A stretch of DNA of 43,668 nt, from assembly GCA_040902005.1 (NCBI GenBank), contig JBBDYA010000020.1, positions 1 to 43,668 of the forward strand, in the 5' to 3' direction. This document shows positions 9,265-19,208 of this stretch, in pieces (within the stretch, counting starts at the first letter, position 1; each line of letters begins with the position of its first letter). The translations under genes and the position numbers were made by a program. The stretch is from Gemmatimonadaceae bacterium (GTDB taxonomy: Bacteria > Gemmatimonadota > Gemmatimonadetes > Gemmatimonadales > Gemmatimonadaceae). Below the pieces are notes generated by a model. It did no database searches. It was not told where the DNA came from and saw only the letters and a list, made by a program, of their open reading frames with translations.

Positions 9265-9499
9265 CGGTCGGTCCCGAGGTCAGGGGTTCGCTACCATTTT
9301 ACGGCGTGTCGCGCATGCGCGTAACCAGCACTCTGGGTTCTTTGCGCGCGTGGGGCGCCTGGGGCAGGCTGGTGCGGCGTCCACGCGGCGGACCACACTG
9401 CGAGGGCACACCCCGCTCCGCGCGCCACACAGCGTGCGTGCGCATTGCGCCACGTGGCGCGCGCGGTCACATTGCCCGCGGCCACTCCATCCGCCACGA

Positions 9500-12160
9500 A
9501 TGCCAGCCACCCAATGTCCCGTGTGCTCGGGCACGCTGCCAGAAACAGCCAGCTTCTGCCCAAGCTGCGGCACGCCCACGCCGTCGTCCACCGTGCGCGC
9601 CACGGGGGCGAGCGCGTACGCGCCCCCCGCGGCCGAGCACGCGGCGGCGGAGCGGCGCCGCGCGCTCCAGGCCGCGATCGGTGACTCCTGCGAGGTGCGC
9701 GAGCTGATCGGTCGCGGCGGGTTCGCGGAGGTCTACGCGGGCTGGGACGTGCGACTCAAGCGCGAGGTCGCAATCAAGACACTGCGCGGCGACGTGTCGT
9801 CGCCCTCCCTGCTGGAGCGTTTTCAGCGCGAGGCCGAAGCGGTGGCGAAGCTCCGCCATCCGCACATCATCCCGATCTACAGCGTTGGCGAAAGCGGTGG
9901 CGTCGCGTACTTCACGATGCCCCGCATTTCAGGCGAGAGCCTCGGCGCGGCGCTGGAGCGCGAGAAGCGCCTCTCCATCTCGGAGGCGTGCCGCATCCTC
10001 TCCGAGGCCGCCGGCGCGCTCGAGGAGGCGCATCGCGCTGGAGTCGTACACCGCGACGTGAAGCCCGAGAACATCATGCTGGAGGGACGCGACCGCCGCG
10101 CGCTCGTGATGGACTTCGGCATCGCGAAAAACGCGGAATCGGGCGAGCATCAGCTCACCGGCACCGGGATGGTGATGGGCACGCCGCAGTACATGAGTCC
10201 CGAGCAGGCCGCCGGCGATCGCGCGATCGATCATCGCACCGACCAGTACTCCCTGGCGATGATCGGCTATCGCATGCTCGCGGGCCGGTTGCCGTTCGAG
10301 TCGGAGTCGGTACAAACACTGCTGGTCCAGCAGGTGACCCAGGCGCCGCCGCCGTTGCGCTCCCTGGCGTCCGATGTTCCGGAAACGGTGGCGTCCACGA
10401 TCGAGCGGGCGCTGTCCAAGAATCCCAACGACCGGTTTCCCTCGCTCGCCGATTTCGCCGCCGCGCTGTCCGCCGCTCGCGAGATCTCCGGCGCCGCGGT
10501 GCCCGCGCGTCGCCACACGGTGTCGCTCCCCGATCGCATTGCCCGCATGCGCGCGCTGCTCCCCGGGTGGGCCCACCCACTCACGCTCGGGACCCTCGTA
10601 GCCGCCGTGGCGCTCATCGTGATCGCGCCGCGGAATACGCCGCCGGTAGTGCTGGAGATTGCCGCGCAGCGCGATGAGGCGCTTTTCGCCGCACGCTCGC
10701 AGCTCGCAGACCGTGGCGTGGCCGGCCCCTTCGTGACTGACGTCAACGTGGAGAGCCGCACGGCCACCCATCGCTTCCTTCGCGAGACGATCGGGACGGA
10801 TTCCATCGACGAGCTGGCCCGCGCCGGCGTGCCCATCTGGCTGTGGCACACACGCACCCGCGCGCGCAGCGGCGGACCCGCGTATCACATCGACGTGGCG
10901 GCCGGCGGCCGCGTGAGCCGGTTCGAGGAGAGCATTCATGACACGGCGACTGCGCCGACGCTTCCGCTGGCGGCCGCGGAGTCGCTCGCGGTCGCGGAGC
11001 TGGCCACCCGCGGGTGGGACGTGGCCGCGCTCGTCCGGCGGAGGGACTCGGTCGTCACCAGGCGCAATCGCACCGACCATTACCTCACCTGGCGACGCGC
11101 CGATCTCGTCATTCCCTTCCAGGCGACGGACACCGGAGTCGCGGCGGACACCGGATTCAGCCTGCTCCGCGTGCGAGTGAGCGGCGACCGGGTCACGGAC
11201 TACCAGGAGTGGGTGCAGCCGGCGGCGTCGTACCGGCGGGAGTCGCAGCCAAGAGTGTTCGACGTCATTGGCGGGGTTGCGTCGTTCCTGCTTTCCTTTG
11301 GGCTCTTGGGAGGCGCGATCGTGTTTGCCATCGCGCGCCAGCGCCACGATTCACTCCAGTGGCGGCCGGCGCTTGTGCTCGCGGTGGGAATGCTCGCGCT
11401 CCTGGGAATTGCATCACTTCCGCGGGCCATCACGCAAGTGCAATTCTCGTCCGTGGGCGGCCAGCTGCCCAACTTCATCGCCATGGCCGTGATGGCTTGC
11501 ATCATGCTTTTGCCACTCGTGGTCTTCACGTACGTGAGCGCTGAATCGCTGGCGGCGGAACGCGGCCTCTCTCTCATGGATGGGAGCGCGGATCTCACGC
11601 GCGGGCGCCTGGCGCCGGAGCTCGCGTCCGGCGCGGCGATGGGCGGGGCGCTGGGCGTGGTCCTCGCGAGCGTCGAAGCGCTCGGCACACAGGTCTCGCA
11701 CCGGGTGCATGGCGCGTCGCTGGGCGAAGACCTTCCCACGGTACTTCGCTGGGGCGTGCCCCTCCCCGATCTGCTGCTGATGCTAGTCGTGGCGGTGGGG
11801 GTGGCGGTGGGTCTGTGCTTCCTGCAGGCGCTGATCTGGCGGCGCGCTCCGTCGCGGCTGCTGGTGATCCTCCTACCGCCGCTCCTTGTGGCCACGATGA
11901 TTATCGGCGTCGACGACCTCACTATCGCCGACAAGGTGGTGGCCTTCGTCATGGTCGCCGTGATTTCCCTGGCCAACTGGCGCTATGGTCTCGTCGCGGC
12001 CGCGCTGGCGGTCTTCATCGGCATGGGGCTCAGCGAGTTGATCACGATGGCGGCAGCGACCGGCGCGTCATCGGCGGTGATGATATATGCGGCCGCGCTG
12101 GCCGCGCCCCTCATCCTCGGCCGCGTGGCCTACACGCGATTCGCCGCGACGAAGCGCTAG
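9500..12160 (+). CDS. Hanks-type Ser/Thr protein kinase with N-terminal zinc ribbon, extracytoplasmic domain and multi-TM C-terminus
   Basis: CPVC..CPSC; IGRGGFAEVY, VAIK, HRDVKPEN, DFG, GTPQYMSPE; hydrophobic segments after the kinase domain. Start moved to ATG 9500 because the longer ORF overlaps the upstream gene. Confidence 0.9.
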   Translation: MPATQCPVCSGTLPETASFCPSCGTPTPSSTVRATGASAYAPPAAEHAAAERRRALQAAIGDSCEVRELIGRGGFAEVYAGWDVRLKREVAIKTLRGDVSSPSLLERFQREAEAVAKLRHPHIIPIYSVGESGGVAYFTMPRISGESLGAALEREKRLSISEACRILSEAAGALEEAHRAGVVHRDVKPENIMLEGRDRRALVMDFGIAKNAESGEHQLTGTGMVMGTPQYMSPEQAAGDRAIDHRTDQYSLAMIGYRMLAGRLPFESESVQTLLVQQVTQAPPPLRSLASDVPETVASTIERALSKNPNDRFPSLADFAAALSAAREISGAAVPARRHTVSLPDRIARMRALLPGWAHPLTLGTLVAAVALIVIAPRNTPPVVLEIAAQRDEALFAARSQLADRGVAGPFVTDVNVESRTATHRFLRETIGTDSIDELARAGVPIWLWHTRTRARSGGPAYHIDVAAGGRVSRFEESIHDTATAPTLPLAAAESLAVAELATRGWDVAALVRRRDSVVTRRNRTDHYLTWRRADLVIPFQATDTGVAADTGFSLLRVRVSGDRVTDYQEWVQPAASYRRESQPRVFDVIGGVASFLLSFGLLGGAIVFAIARQRHDSLQWRPALVLAVGMLALLGIASLPRAITQVQFSSVGGQLPNFIAMAVMACIMLLPLVVFTYVSAESLAAERGLSLMDGSADLTRGRLAPELASGAAMGGALGVVLASVEALGTQVSHRVHGASLGEDLPTVLRWGVPLPDLLLMLVVAVGVAVGLCFLQALIWRRAPSRLLVILLPPLLVATMIIGVDDLTIADKVVAFVMVAVISLANWRYGLVAAALAVFIGMGLSELITMAAATGASSAVMIYAAALAAPLILGRVAYTRFAATKR

Positions 12161-12972
12161 CGATCGGTCCGGCGACGACGGTGTCGCGCGAGACCCGCGC
12201 CGGCCACCAGCCACGTCACGCCGAGCGCAGCGAAGATCGGCGCCGCCGGACCGCTTGCCTGCTGCGCGGTCTCTTCGCCACGCTCACCGCCCTCATGCGA
12301 CGAGCGCGACGCGTCCGACGGCTCCAGCGAGGCCTCCGTATTCACGTCGCCCTGCACTGCATCGGTCGCCGGTGCATTGGCGGCGACCAGCGTCTCTTGC
12401 GCGATCAGACGCTCGGCGTACACGGCATACTGGTCGGGAAACACCGCCACGTGGTAGTGCGGCGGCTTCCGCTCCCGCGTTGCGTCCAGCACGCCTGAAG
12501 CCTCCAGCCCCAGCAGCGCACTCTCCAGCCACACGCGGGCCATGATGTTCCCGGGCACGCGCAGGTCCACCGCCATGCCCGCCGGATGCACGGACAGCTT
12601 GTGCGCGTTGCGCGGCTGGCTGGACAACGGACGCGTGAGACTCGTGACCACGAGCTTCTCCCCCGTCGCCTCGTGGTACTGCTTCGCGAGACGTTCCACG
12701 AAGAGCCTCACCTCGGGACGCGCGTACGGGAACGACACCCGGTTCACCGTCAGGTAGTCGCTGTTGAGCAGGGCCTCCAGACGGTCCGAGCGCACGAATT
12801 CCCGCACCTGTGCCGGCGTGCGCAGGAATGTGTAGTCGTTCCGCAGCGCGGCCTGGTACTGGCGCACCATGGACGACATCGAGCCGCCGAGTTTGGCCTC
12901 AGCGGCGGCAAGGACTGCCGGAAAACTGGTGAGAAGCGCAAAGGCAACTGCTGCGCGGGCTCGTCTCGTCAT
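12157..12972 (-). CDS. DUF5715-like / peptidase M15-like exported protein with C-terminal membrane anchor
   Basis: VTSLTRP..Q..NA...SVHPAGMAVDLR and E..PPHYHVAV motifs; signal peptide; AGGAG RBS before ATG 12972; C-terminal hydrophobic helix followed by RHRRRR. Confidence 0.75.
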   Translation of the reverse strand: MTRRARAAVAFALLTSFPAVLAAAEAKLGGSMSSMVRQYQAALRNDYTFLRTPAQVREFVRSDRLEALLNSDYLTVNRVSFPYARPEVRLFVERLAKQYHEATGEKLVVTSLTRPLSSQPRNAHKLSVHPAGMAVDLRVPGNIMARVWLESALLGLEASGVLDATRERKPPHYHVAVFPDQYAVYAERLIAQETLVAANAPATDAVQGDVNTEASLEPSDASRSSHEGGERGEETAQQASGPAAPIFAALGVTWLVAGAGLARHRRRRTDR

Positions 12973-13178
12973 CGTGGCGGGCTCCTGCGTTACGGCAACT
13001 ACGGTGATTCGCACTCCGCAGTCTAACACCCGCCCCGCGCTGCTGAGTTCCCGTGTCACGAATTGCACGAGGGCGTCACGAGCGGCGCGAACGGACTACT
13101 GGCGAGCTGGCCCGCACGATTCCAGCGAGCCCAACGGTGGCATGGCGTAACGAGCGGGGCCGTCCCGGCCCGGCGGAT

Positions 13179-15029
13179 TCAAGGCAGAGCGAACGCGACA
13201 ATCGCGTCCGACGCACCCCACGTTTCGCCGTCGCCCCCCGCGGCGATGACGACGTACTGCCGGCCGTCCCCGCCACGATACGTCATCGGGGTGGCTTTGC
13301 CGCCGGCGGGGAGTTGCGCGCGCCAGAGTTCCCTCCCCGACTCGATGGCGAAAGCGCGAAACTGGCGGTCGATCGTCGCTGCCATGAATACGAGGCCACC
13401 GGCGGTCGCGATCGGCCCGCCGAGTTGCGGCGCAATGGGAGTCTCCCATGCTCGGGCACCGGTGTTGAGATTGATGGCCACGAGCGCGCCGGGCGGCTCC
13501 GGCGTGCACGAGATGCCCGGCGGCACAAAGAGGATCCTGCGACGCATGATGTACGGTGTGCCGCGCATCCGCGTGTCCTCGTAGCCGAGGCGGGACCGAT
13601 CACGACGGAGCGAGTCGAGGTTGGCCGACGCCGCGGGGATGAGCTGCACCATGGCAGCCAGCCGGTTCACCGGGACTACGGCGATCTGGCGCGCCGGATC
13701 GAACGCGAGCCCACCCCAGTGCGCCCCGCCGATGTTCGACGGCAGGACGAGCGATCCCTCGAGCGACGGAGGTGTAAAGATGCCCTCATTCCTCAGGGGG
13801 CGCAGCATCGCCTGGCAGTCCGTGTTGTTGCTCACGCCATCCCACGCGTGCGGGCTGAGCGGCGGCAGCGCCGAGAACGGCTGGGTGGGCCACGCCTGCT
13901 CGCCCGGAATCGTGCTCGCCGGCACCGGCCGTTCCTCGATGGGAAAGAGGGGCACCCCCGACTCGCGGTGGAACACGAACATCATGCCGGTTTTCGTCGT
14001 GAGGATCACGGCGGGCTGCCCCTTCACCGTGGCCAGAAGCGGGGGCGAGGCGTTGTCGTAGTCCCACAGGTCGTGGTGCACGGCTTGGAAGTGCCAGACG
14101 ACCTGCCCGGTGGACGCGCGCAGCGCCACGAGCGAGTTCGCGTAGTCGTTGCGTCCCAGCCGGTCGCCGCCAAAGTAGTCCGGGCTCGCGGAGCTCGTCG
14201 GGACGAACACCAGGTCGCGCGCGGGATCCGCCGCGATCACGCTCCACGCGTTGGCCGCGCCGGTGCGGTGCGCGTTGGGCCCCTGCCAGCTGCCGTACGC
14301 CGGATCCGCCGCGTCCTGCGGCACCGGGTCCCAGGTCCACCGCAGCGCGCCTGTGCGGGCGTCGTACGCCCGCACCTCTCCGCTGGCGGCGTCCGTGCGA
14401 TTGTTGTCCGCCACCGCGGACCCCACGACGATCAAGTCGTTCACGATCGCTGGCGGCGACGTCACCTCGTACTCCTGGTGCTCGAATGGTGCGTTGCGCA
14501 GCGAGCGGCGCAGGTCCACCGTGCCGGCGCTTCCAAATTCCTGGACCGCTGTCCCCGTGGTGGCGTGGAGCGCAATCAGCCGCGCGTCCGTCGTCGCGAC
14601 GATGATGCGGTCACGCCACGCGCTCACGCCGCGGCTGGTGAAGTCGCCAAAGCCGGCGCGCGGATCGATGCGTGCGTCCAAGCGCCAGCGCTCGCGGCCG
14701 GTCACCGGATCCAGCGCGATCACCTTGCCCAGCGGAGTGCCGATGTACATCGCGCCATTCAGCACGATCGGCGTCACCTCGAGCGAGCGTCGCCGGCTCC
14801 CCGTGGGGAGCGGCTCGCCGGTGTGGTACGTCCACGCCGGAACGAGCGTAGCGACATTGCCCCGGTGGATGTCCGCGAGGGGCGAGTAGCGCGATCCACC
14901 CGCGTCGTAACCGTACGCCGGCCAGTCAGACGGGGAAATCGCGTATGCACCCGGCAGCGGCGCGGGGCTGCTTGCTGGAGCCGTGACGCAACCGGAGAGC
15001 AGGAGTAGCGACAAGGGAAGGAAGCGCAT
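13179..15029 (-). CDS. PQQ-dependent dehydrogenase (quinoprotein glucose dehydrogenase-like), lipoprotein
   Basis: DWPAYG...RYSPL, EVTPIV, WHFQAVHHDLWDYD, GGAHWGG, ATPMTY...QYVVIAAGG; LLLSGC lipobox at revised start 15029. Confidence 0.9.
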   Translation of the reverse strand: MRFLPLSLLLLSGCVTAPASSPAPLPGAYAISPSDWPAYGYDAGGSRYSPLADIHRGNVATLVPAWTYHTGEPLPTGSRRRSLEVTPIVLNGAMYIGTPLGKVIALDPVTGRERWRLDARIDPRAGFGDFTSRGVSAWRDRIIVATTDARLIALHATTGTAVQEFGSAGTVDLRRSLRNAPFEHQEYEVTSPPAIVNDLIVVGSAVADNNRTDAASGEVRAYDARTGALRWTWDPVPQDAADPAYGSWQGPNAHRTGAANAWSVIAADPARDLVFVPTSSASPDYFGGDRLGRNDYANSLVALRASTGQVVWHFQAVHHDLWDYDNASPPLLATVKGQPAVILTTKTGMMFVFHRESGVPLFPIEERPVPASTIPGEQAWPTQPFSALPPLSPHAWDGVSNNTDCQAMLRPLRNEGIFTPPSLEGSLVLPSNIGGAHWGGLAFDPARQIAVVPVNRLAAMVQLIPAASANLDSLRRDRSRLGYEDTRMRGTPYIMRRRILFVPPGISCTPEPPGALVAINLNTGARAWETPIAPQLGGPIATAGGLVFMAATIDRQFRAFAIESGRELWRAQLPAGGKATPMTYRGGDGRQYVVIAAGGDGETWGASDAIVAFALP

Positions 15030-15102
15030 GCCATCATCATGCACGACGTTCCCGCGGTGCGCAAAGCTCGCCGGATCGCCGCGCCGGGCGTAGTTTCGTC
15101 GC

Positions 15103-16566
15103 ATGCACATTCGACTCGCCACCCTCGCCGTCGCCAGCGCGGCCACTGCCGCCACCGCGGCCGCACAGGTTCCCGGGCTCACGGGAACGCTCGTCATCAC
15201 GAACAAATCTCCTTCCACGGCCACGATCATCGACGTGGGCAGCGGGCGCACACTCGCCACGCTCCCCACCGGACAGGGACCGCACGAGGTGGTGCTCTCC
15301 TCCGATGGACGCTTCGCCGTGGTTACGGACTACAGCGGGCAGCCGGGGAAGACGCTCACCGTCATCGATGTCCCCGCCGTGCGCGTCGCGCGCACCATCG
15401 ACCTCGGCGCCTACACGCGCCCCCACGGCGTCGTCTTCCTGCCAGGCGACAGTCTCGTCGCCGTGACATCCGAAGCGAGCGGCAACGTGGTGGTGGTGAA
15501 TGTCGTGGCGGGCACGATCAGCAGGGCGATCGCCACGCAGGGCAACGGCTCGCACATGGTGGGCGTCACTGCCAGCGGCGCGCTCGCGTATACCGGCAAC
15601 ATGCAGAGCCACACGGTCTCGGAGCTGGACGTGCGCACCGGACGCTTCGTGCGCAGTTGGCCCGTGCCGAACGTGCCTGAAGCCATCAACGTGACGCCGG
15701 ACGGACGCGAGGTGTGGGTGGGCAGCAACGCCACGGGCCAGGTGAGCATGCTCGATGTGGCCACCGGCACCGTGACCACCGCGGCCGAGGGGTTCGGATG
15801 GCCGTACCGGGTGCTCTTCACGCCGGACGTGCGCACGGTGCTGCTCCCGGATCTGCGCGGCGAGGACCTGCGCTTCGTGGACCGCGCGTCCAGGCGCGAG
15901 CTGGGGCGGATCGCGTTTCCGGGCGGCGGACCGCAGGGAATCACGATCACGCCCGACGGGCGCTACGTGCTTCAGTCGCTGAGCCGCCAGGCGCGCGTCG
16001 CCGTGATCGACGCGCACGCGCGCACGGTGGTGGGGCATCTCGCCGCTGGCAACACGCCCGACGGCATCGCGTACACCACCCGTGTGATCGCCGCGATGCC
16101 GCGGAGCACCGCGCGTCCCGAGGACGTGGCCACGGTCGACGCAATCATTGCTTCGCTGTATGACGTGATCTCCGGCCCCGCCGGACAGAAGCGCGACTGG
16201 GACCGCTTCCATTCCCTGTTCGCCACCAACGCGCGGCTGATCCCCGCCGTGGGTCGACCGGACGGCTCGCGCGCGATTCGCACGCTCACGCCGGAGGAGT
16301 ACGCGACCACGGCCGGGCCGCAGTTGGAGCGGAATGGCTTCTTCGAACGCGAGATCGGCCGGCGGGTGGATCAGTTCGGGGCGATCGCGCAGGTGTTCAG
16401 CGCGTACGACAGCAAGCGCACCGCGGCGGACAGCGTGCCGTTCGCGCGCGGCATCAACTCCATCCAACTCCTGAACGACGGCACGCGCTGGTGGGTGGTA
16501 TCGATCTTCTGGGACAGCGAGCGCGCGGGCAATCCGATTCCCGAACGCTACCTCGGCCGGCCCTGA
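15103..16566 (+). CDS. YVTN/YncE-type beta-propeller fused to a C-terminal NTF2-like domain
   Basis: Repeats such as TG.GPHE, PEAINVTPDG, GPQGITITPDG; C-terminal DVATVDAIIASLYDVISGPAG..RDWDRF...RGINSIQL....RWWVVSIFWD. Confidence 0.8.
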   Translation: MHIRLATLAVASAATAATAAAQVPGLTGTLVITNKSPSTATIIDVGSGRTLATLPTGQGPHEVVLSSDGRFAVVTDYSGQPGKTLTVIDVPAVRVARTIDLGAYTRPHGVVFLPGDSLVAVTSEASGNVVVVNVVAGTISRAIATQGNGSHMVGVTASGALAYTGNMQSHTVSELDVRTGRFVRSWPVPNVPEAINVTPDGREVWVGSNATGQVSMLDVATGTVTTAAEGFGWPYRVLFTPDVRTVLLPDLRGEDLRFVDRASRRELGRIAFPGGGPQGITITPDGRYVLQSLSRQARVAVIDAHARTVVGHLAAGNTPDGIAYTTRVIAAMPRSTARPEDVATVDAIIASLYDVISGPAGQKRDWDRFHSLFATNARLIPAVGRPDGSRAIRTLTPEEYATTAGPQLERNGFFEREIGRRVDQFGAIAQVFSAYDSKRTAADSVPFARGINSIQLLNDGTRWWVVSIFWDSERAGNPIPERYLGRP

Positions 16567-16610
16567 GCAACTCGTCCGGGTACTTTTGTGTGACCCCCAA
16601 CTGACGATTC

Positions 16611-18236
16611 ATGCGATTTGCGTCCGCCCCCCTCCTTGCCGCCTCGCTCGCGCTCGCGGCCTGCACTCCCGGCGCGCCCACCACCGCCCCCGCCCCGACT
16701 CCGGCGCCCGCCGCGCCGGCACGTCCGCTCACCGAAGCGCCGGTGAACTGGCACCTGCTGGACGCCGCGGAAGGGGTTCCCGGCATCTCGCTGCTCCGGG
16801 CCGAGCGTGAACTGCTCGCGGGCAGGCAGCCCGCGCGCACTGTGGTGGTCGCCGTGATCGACAACGGTGTGGACACCGCGCACGCGGCGCTGCGTGGCCG
16901 CCTGTGGCTGAATGCGGACGAGACTCCCGGCAACGGCCGCGACGACGACGGCAACGGGCTCGCGGACGACATGCGTGGCTGGAACTACATCGGCGGCCGC
17001 GACGGCCGCAACGTGAATCAGGACACGTACGAGGTCACGCGCCTGGCGGCCATGTGCGACCGGCCGGCCGCGCGCGACTCGATCCCGCCGAGATATCGCG
17101 GCCGGTGCGAGGAGATCCAGGCATCGTTTGCGGAACGGCGCGGCGAAGCCGAGCAGGTGATGATGCAGGTGCGGCAGATCGACGGACTGCTGGCGCAGAT
17201 TCTCCCGATCCTGCGCCACGCGCACGGAAACGATTCGCTCACGCGCGAGCTTGTGCAGCGGATCACGCCGGCGAACGATACCGTGCGGCAGGCGCGGGAG
17301 CTGTACCTCCGACTCGCAGCGGCAGGGATCACGCCGCAGGACGTGGACGAGGCAAAGAAGGCGTACGGGTCCCAGCTGGAGTTCGGGTACAACAAGAGCT
17401 TCGACCCGCGTCCGATCGTGGGGGACAACTATCCCGACGCGTCCGTGCGCGTGTATGGCAACGCAGATGTCACCGGGGCAGACGCGGGACACGGCACCCA
17501 CGTCGCCGGCATCATCGCCGGCGGGCGCGACGGCGGCGGCACGGGAATCCTTCCCTCCGCGCGGATCATGGCCCTCCGCGTGGTTCCCGACGGCGACGAG
17601 CGCGACAAGGACATCGCCAACGCGATCCGCTACGCGGTGGACCAGGGCGCGCGCGTGATCAACATGAGCTTCGGCAAGGCGTACAGCCCGTACAAGGAGC
17701 TGGTGGACGCGGCGGTGAAGTACGCCGACGAGCGGGGCGTGCTGATGGTGCACGGCGCGGGCAATGACGGCAACGATCTCGCGAAAGCCGAGAGCTTTCC
17801 GACGCCCGTCTACGCGGACGGCGGGCGCGCCGTGAACTGGATCACGGTGGGCGCCACGTCCTGGAACGGCCGCGACAGTCTCGTCGCGAGCTTCTCCAAC
17901 TTCGGCAAGGCGCAGGTGGACGTGTTCGCGCCGGGCGTGGACATCTACAGCACGTACCTGAACGGCGGCTACAAGAAGGAGAGCGGCACGAGCATGGCGA
18001 GCCCGGTGGTGGCCGGCCTCGCCGCGCTGATCATGTCATACTACCCCACGCTCACGGCCACGGACGTCCGGCGGGTGATCACGGAATCCGCGGTGCGGCG
18101 CGTGGACCAGATGGTGGTGCGCCCCGGCGCGGAGGGTGGGATGGTGAAGTTTGGCGACCTGTCAGTCACCGGCGGCATCGTCAACGCGTACGCGGCGCTG
18201 CGGCTCGCCGAGCAGCTCTCATCGACTCGCCCGTAG
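16611..18236 (+). CDS. S8 subtilisin-like serine peptidase, lipoprotein
   Basis: Catalytic triad VIDNG / HGTHVAG / GTSMASP; AGND oxyanion motif; LAAC lipobox. Confidence 0.93.
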   Translation: MRFASAPLLAASLALAACTPGAPTTAPAPTPAPAAPARPLTEAPVNWHLLDAAEGVPGISLLRAERELLAGRQPARTVVVAVIDNGVDTAHAALRGRLWLNADETPGNGRDDDGNGLADDMRGWNYIGGRDGRNVNQDTYEVTRLAAMCDRPAARDSIPPRYRGRCEEIQASFAERRGEAEQVMMQVRQIDGLLAQILPILRHAHGNDSLTRELVQRITPANDTVRQARELYLRLAAAGITPQDVDEAKKAYGSQLEFGYNKSFDPRPIVGDNYPDASVRVYGNADVTGADAGHGTHVAGIIAGGRDGGGTGILPSARIMALRVVPDGDERDKDIANAIRYAVDQGARVINMSFGKAYSPYKELVDAAVKYADERGVLMVHGAGNDGNDLAKAESFPTPVYADGGRAVNWITVGATSWNGRDSLVASFSNFGKAQVDVFAPGVDIYSTYLNGGYKKESGTSMASPVVAGLAALIMSYYPTLTATDVRRVITESAVRRVDQMVVRPGAEGGMVKFGDLSVTGGIVNAYAALRLAEQLSSTRP

Positions 18237-18248
18237 CGCGCGACGCGG

Positions 18249-18770
18249 ATGGCATCCGGAAAACCCGTCTGGCTGGACGGTCCCATTGCGGGGGTGCCTG
18301 CACTGCTGCAACCGGTGGCGCACGCGCTGCTCGAGGCGGCGGAGGACGTGCAGGCGGTGCTCCCGACGTTGTCAGTCGAAGCGCTCTGGGCCCGGCCGGC
18401 AAACGTCGCGTCCGTCGGCTTTCATGTGAAGCATGCGATGGGCAGCCTGGACCGCCTGTTCACGTATGCGCGGGGCGAGTCCCTCAGTGGCCCGCAGTTG
18501 GCCACGCTCGCCGCCGAGAAGACGCTGGACGGCACGGCCGGGACGGGGGGGGGGCAGCTTGCGGCTGAATTCGCCGCGGCCGTCGATCGCGCGATCGAGC
18601 AGCTCAAGGCGACGTCGGAGCACGAACTGCTCGAGCCCCGCGAGGTGGGGCGGGCAAAGCTTCCGTCCAACGTCCTGGGCCTCCTCGCGCACGCAGGCGA
18701 CCACACCTATCGGCACGTGGGCCAGCTGATCACGACTGCGAAGTTGGCCCTCGGGCGCCAGGGAACCTAG
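18249..18770 (+). CDS. DinB family protein
   Basis: SVGFHVKH..GSLDRLFTYA and H..DHTYRHVGQ His motifs. Confidence 0.85.
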   Translation: MASGKPVWLDGPIAGVPALLQPVAHALLEAAEDVQAVLPTLSVEALWARPANVASVGFHVKHAMGSLDRLFTYARGESLSGPQLATLAAEKTLDGTAGTGGGQLAAEFAAAVDRAIEQLKATSEHELLEPREVGRAKLPSNVLGLLAHAGDHTYRHVGQLITTAKLALGRQGT

Positions 18771-19183
18771 CTGGATCGCTCCACCGCTTCGATCGCGCGG
18801 ACGAGCCGCTTGCGCGCGTCTTCCGCGACCGGCCGGATGCGGGTGTTGCCGGTGATGTCCATCGCCTCGATCGGATCCATCACGGCGATGACGCTCTTGC
18901 CCGGCTCGTCGGCCGCGTAGACGATCACGTTGCACGGCAGCAGCAGCCCGATGCCGATCTCGGCGCTCAGGGCCTGGTGCGCGAGCGCGGGGTTGCACGC
19001 GCCGAGAATGATGTACGGCCGGAACTCCACGTCGATCTTCTTCTTGAGCGTGGCCTTGACGTCGATCTCCGTGAGGACGCCAAACCCTTCGGCCGCCAGC
19101 GCGCCACGAATGGCCTCGACGGCCTTCTCGTAGGGCAGGTCTACCGTTGCTCCGATGCCGTACTGCGTGGTCTGCTCCGCCAT
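18767..19183 (-). CDS. DUF302 domain protein
   Basis: EGFGVLTEIDV..TLKKK....RPYIILGACNP...IGLLLPCNVIVY. Confidence 0.9.
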   Translation of the reverse strand: MAEQTTQYGIGATVDLPYEKAVEAIRGALAAEGFGVLTEIDVKATLKKKIDVEFRPYIILGACNPALAHQALSAEIGIGLLLPCNVIVYAADEPGKSVIAVMDPIEAMDITGNTRIRPVAEDARKRLVRAIEAVERSS

Positions 19184-19208
19184 GGCGATTCTCCGGTTGC
19201 TGGGAGCG

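Noticed and set aside
9446..9459. Palindrome GCGCCACGTGGCGC in the divergent intergenic region
   Set aside because: GC-rich palindromes of this size are plausible by chance here; no second copy or adjacent regulator.
9017..9499. Long N-terminal extension of the kinase ORF
   Set aside because: It overlaps the opposite-strand amidohydrolase and is low complexity; the zinc ribbon starts right after ATG 9500.
11127..11155. Direct repeat CGGACACCGGA at 18-nt spacing in the kinase gene
   Set aside because: A single short in-frame duplication with no further structure.
13053..15008. 651-aa plus-strand ORF
   Set aside because: Antisense shadow of the PQQ dehydrogenase; R/H/G-rich, no motifs.
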